From positions 1 to 64,000 of the forward strand of contig NIVC01000608.1 in NCBI GenBank assembly GCA_002269645.1: 64,000 nt of DNA. The letters are read 5' to 3'. The position numbers were made by a program, and so were the translations under genes. The notes under the pieces were generated by a model. The model ran no database searches. It had not been told where the DNA came from and worked only from the letters and a program-made list of their open reading frames with translations. Origin of the DNA: Macrostomum lignano. Taxonomy: Eukaryota. Positions 62,464-64,000 of the stretch are shown in pieces; the stretch's first letter is position 1, and the number at the start of each line of letters is the position of its first letter.

Positions 62464-63699
62464 ATGCTGGAGTCCCAGGCCGACCACGAGAACCACATCA
62501 ACAATCGGACGAGCGCGGTGGATGAACCGCCTGAGCGGGTGCTGGCCTTCATCTCCGGGATTGCCATCCTGCTCTGCCTGGTGCTGGGCGCCCTCGGTAA
62601 CCTATGGATTATGATTGTGGTGCTGGTCCGCCGCGAGATGCGGAGCAACCTAATTAACCTGTTCATTGCCAGTCTATGCCTGAACGACTTGTTGAACTTG
62701 CTGCTAAACCAGAGCATGGTGGCGGTTTCCTATTTAGCCGGAAGCTGGAAGCTGGGTCCTCTGCTCTGCGAGCTCATGCCAGAGCTCAACATGTTGCTGG
62801 TGTGCGTCTCCCTCTGGCACCACGCCTTAATTAGCCTGCACCGCTACATTGTGGTGGTGCACAACAGCACCTACGTACAGCTGCACAAGGGTCTGTACGC
62901 TGGCATCATCCTGGCCGGTACTCGAGTGTTTGGCGCCCTGCTCAGCCTCTCCCTGCCGCTCTTCAACTCGGGCAGTTGGCGCGGCAGCACTGTCTATCAG
63001 GCCAAGATGCTGCGCTGCATCTACGAGAGAACCCAGCGTTTCCGCATACTGGGGGTCGTGATCATCTCCCAGCTGATTCCTTGCGCGATCGTCATCGTCT
63101 GCTTCGCCCTGATCTTCGTGTTTGTCCGCCGGGCCAACACCGGCTCTCTGGTCAGCGATCAGCTGCTGATGCGACGCGAACTGCGCATCACTAAGATGTT
63201 CGGCGTCGTGTTTCTCATGTTCCTGGTGGGGTTCCTGCCCTACGGCTGTCTGAGAATGATAGACTCTGGCAACACACTCGGGCCGCAGGCGTACGTGCTC
63301 GTCACGCTGCTATACGCTGCTGCGTCCAGCGTCAACCCGCTGATCTTCGGCGCCATGAACAGAGAAATCCGGCTGGCCTGCCTGCGGCTGATCTCGCGGA
63401 GGAGCTCCCGGGCTTCCGCCGCCGCTGCCACTGGCGCCTCCACAGCCGCCGGCACTGCCTCTGCAACCGCAGCCACCGGGAATAAGGTCCAACAGAAGCG
63501 ACAAAAAAAGAAGCCAGTCGCCGCCGCCGCCTCGGTGGTTGAGGTCGGCGCCAGCAAGAATCGCTGCCGGCCGTCTACGGAGCTTTCGTCTTCGCTGGGC
63601 AGCGGCGCCACTGCCGGGCCGGAGAGCCGCCAGCTGCTGTCCGTCAGCGACCCGGACCAGAGCTGCCAGCAGGAGAGCGACACCACACTGATGGATTGA
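62464..63699 (+). CDS. Intronless class A GPCR, melatonin-receptor/Moody/Tre1/GPR84-like, about 411 aa
   Basis: LGNLWIM (TM1), NLFIASLCLNDL, ISLHRYIVVVH...Y, RELRITKMFGVVF, FLPY, VNPLIFGAMNREIR. First ATG at 62464 (the track started at a TTG). Confidence 0.9.
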   Translation: MLESQADHENHINNRTSAVDEPPERVLAFISGIAILLCLVLGALGNLWIMIVVLVRREMRSNLINLFIASLCLNDLLNLLLNQSMVAVSYLAGSWKLGPLLCELMPELNMLLVCVSLWHHALISLHRYIVVVHNSTYVQLHKGLYAGIILAGTRVFGALLSLSLPLFNSGSWRGSTVYQAKMLRCIYERTQRFRILGVVIISQLIPCAIVIVCFALIFVFVRRANTGSLVSDQLLMRRELRITKMFGVVFLMFLVGFLPYGCLRMIDSGNTLGPQAYVLVTLLYAAASSVNPLIFGAMNREIRLACLRLISRRSSRASAAAATGASTAAGTASATAATGNKVQQKRQKKKPVAAAASVVEVGASKNRCRPSTELSSSLGSGATAGPESRQLLSVSDPDQSCQQESDTTLMD

Positions 63700-64000
63700 G
63701 CAACCAAGTAGAGTTCAACACGAAAGAGTCACACGGGGGAAGCTTCTCGAAACTTGCATAACATTGGTTCGATCGTAACTTGCCGACGGTTGCGAGAAGC
63801 GACACCTTCGTTCGCAATTAACAACATAAAATTGAACTTATCCATTATACTAAAATTTTTTTTACTAATATTACTCATGACCCACAGCTGACTGTTGTTG
63901 CATTGACCTTATTTTCGTGCAACTTTAGAGCTTTGACGACGTTGCATGAATCGAAACGCTTAAAAAAGACTTTAGCTAACTCATAACGAACCTTTGAGCC

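Overview
Eukaryotic (animal) genomic DNA in which a large share of the window is micro- and minisatellite. The GC3-rich exons, (GCA/GGC)n coding tracts, huge (GATA)n/(AGAC)n arrays and srw/PROF1-type receptor would fit a free-living flatworm such as Macrostomum, but that is inference. Genes reconstructed by hand from splice sites and phase: (1) a cGMP-dependent protein kinase (PKG/PRKG1 family, +, 7333-19960) with two mutually exclusive leucine-zipper first exons resembling vertebrate I-alpha and I-beta, plus a 1-nt deletion in the catalytic loop; (2) a 5-exon tachykinin-receptor-family GPCR (+, 26677-31084) with a GC-AG intron and a decayed full-length mariner in intron 1; (3) an intronless myosuppressin/srw-type peptide GPCR (+, 40410-41708); (4) an unrecognised Cys-rich ORF (+, 47206-47844); (5) a 4-exon, six-finger C2H2 zinc-finger gene (-, 54197-49894); (6) an intronless melatonin/Moody/Tre1-like GPCR (+, 62464-63699). 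Also present: a tRNA-derived SINE, a retroposed insert with a 15-bp target-site duplication, two palindromic/foldback elements, a CpG-depleted and TAGGCCTA-rich 2.2-kb block, and about 45 tandem arrays. Most long ORFs in the supplied track are repeat artefacts. No CRISPR, rRNA or intact tRNA was seen. I found no demonstrable new multi-gene system. The best leads are the PKG isoform architecture, the CpG-depleted palindrome block, the orphan ORF and the splice-site/repeat interactions.
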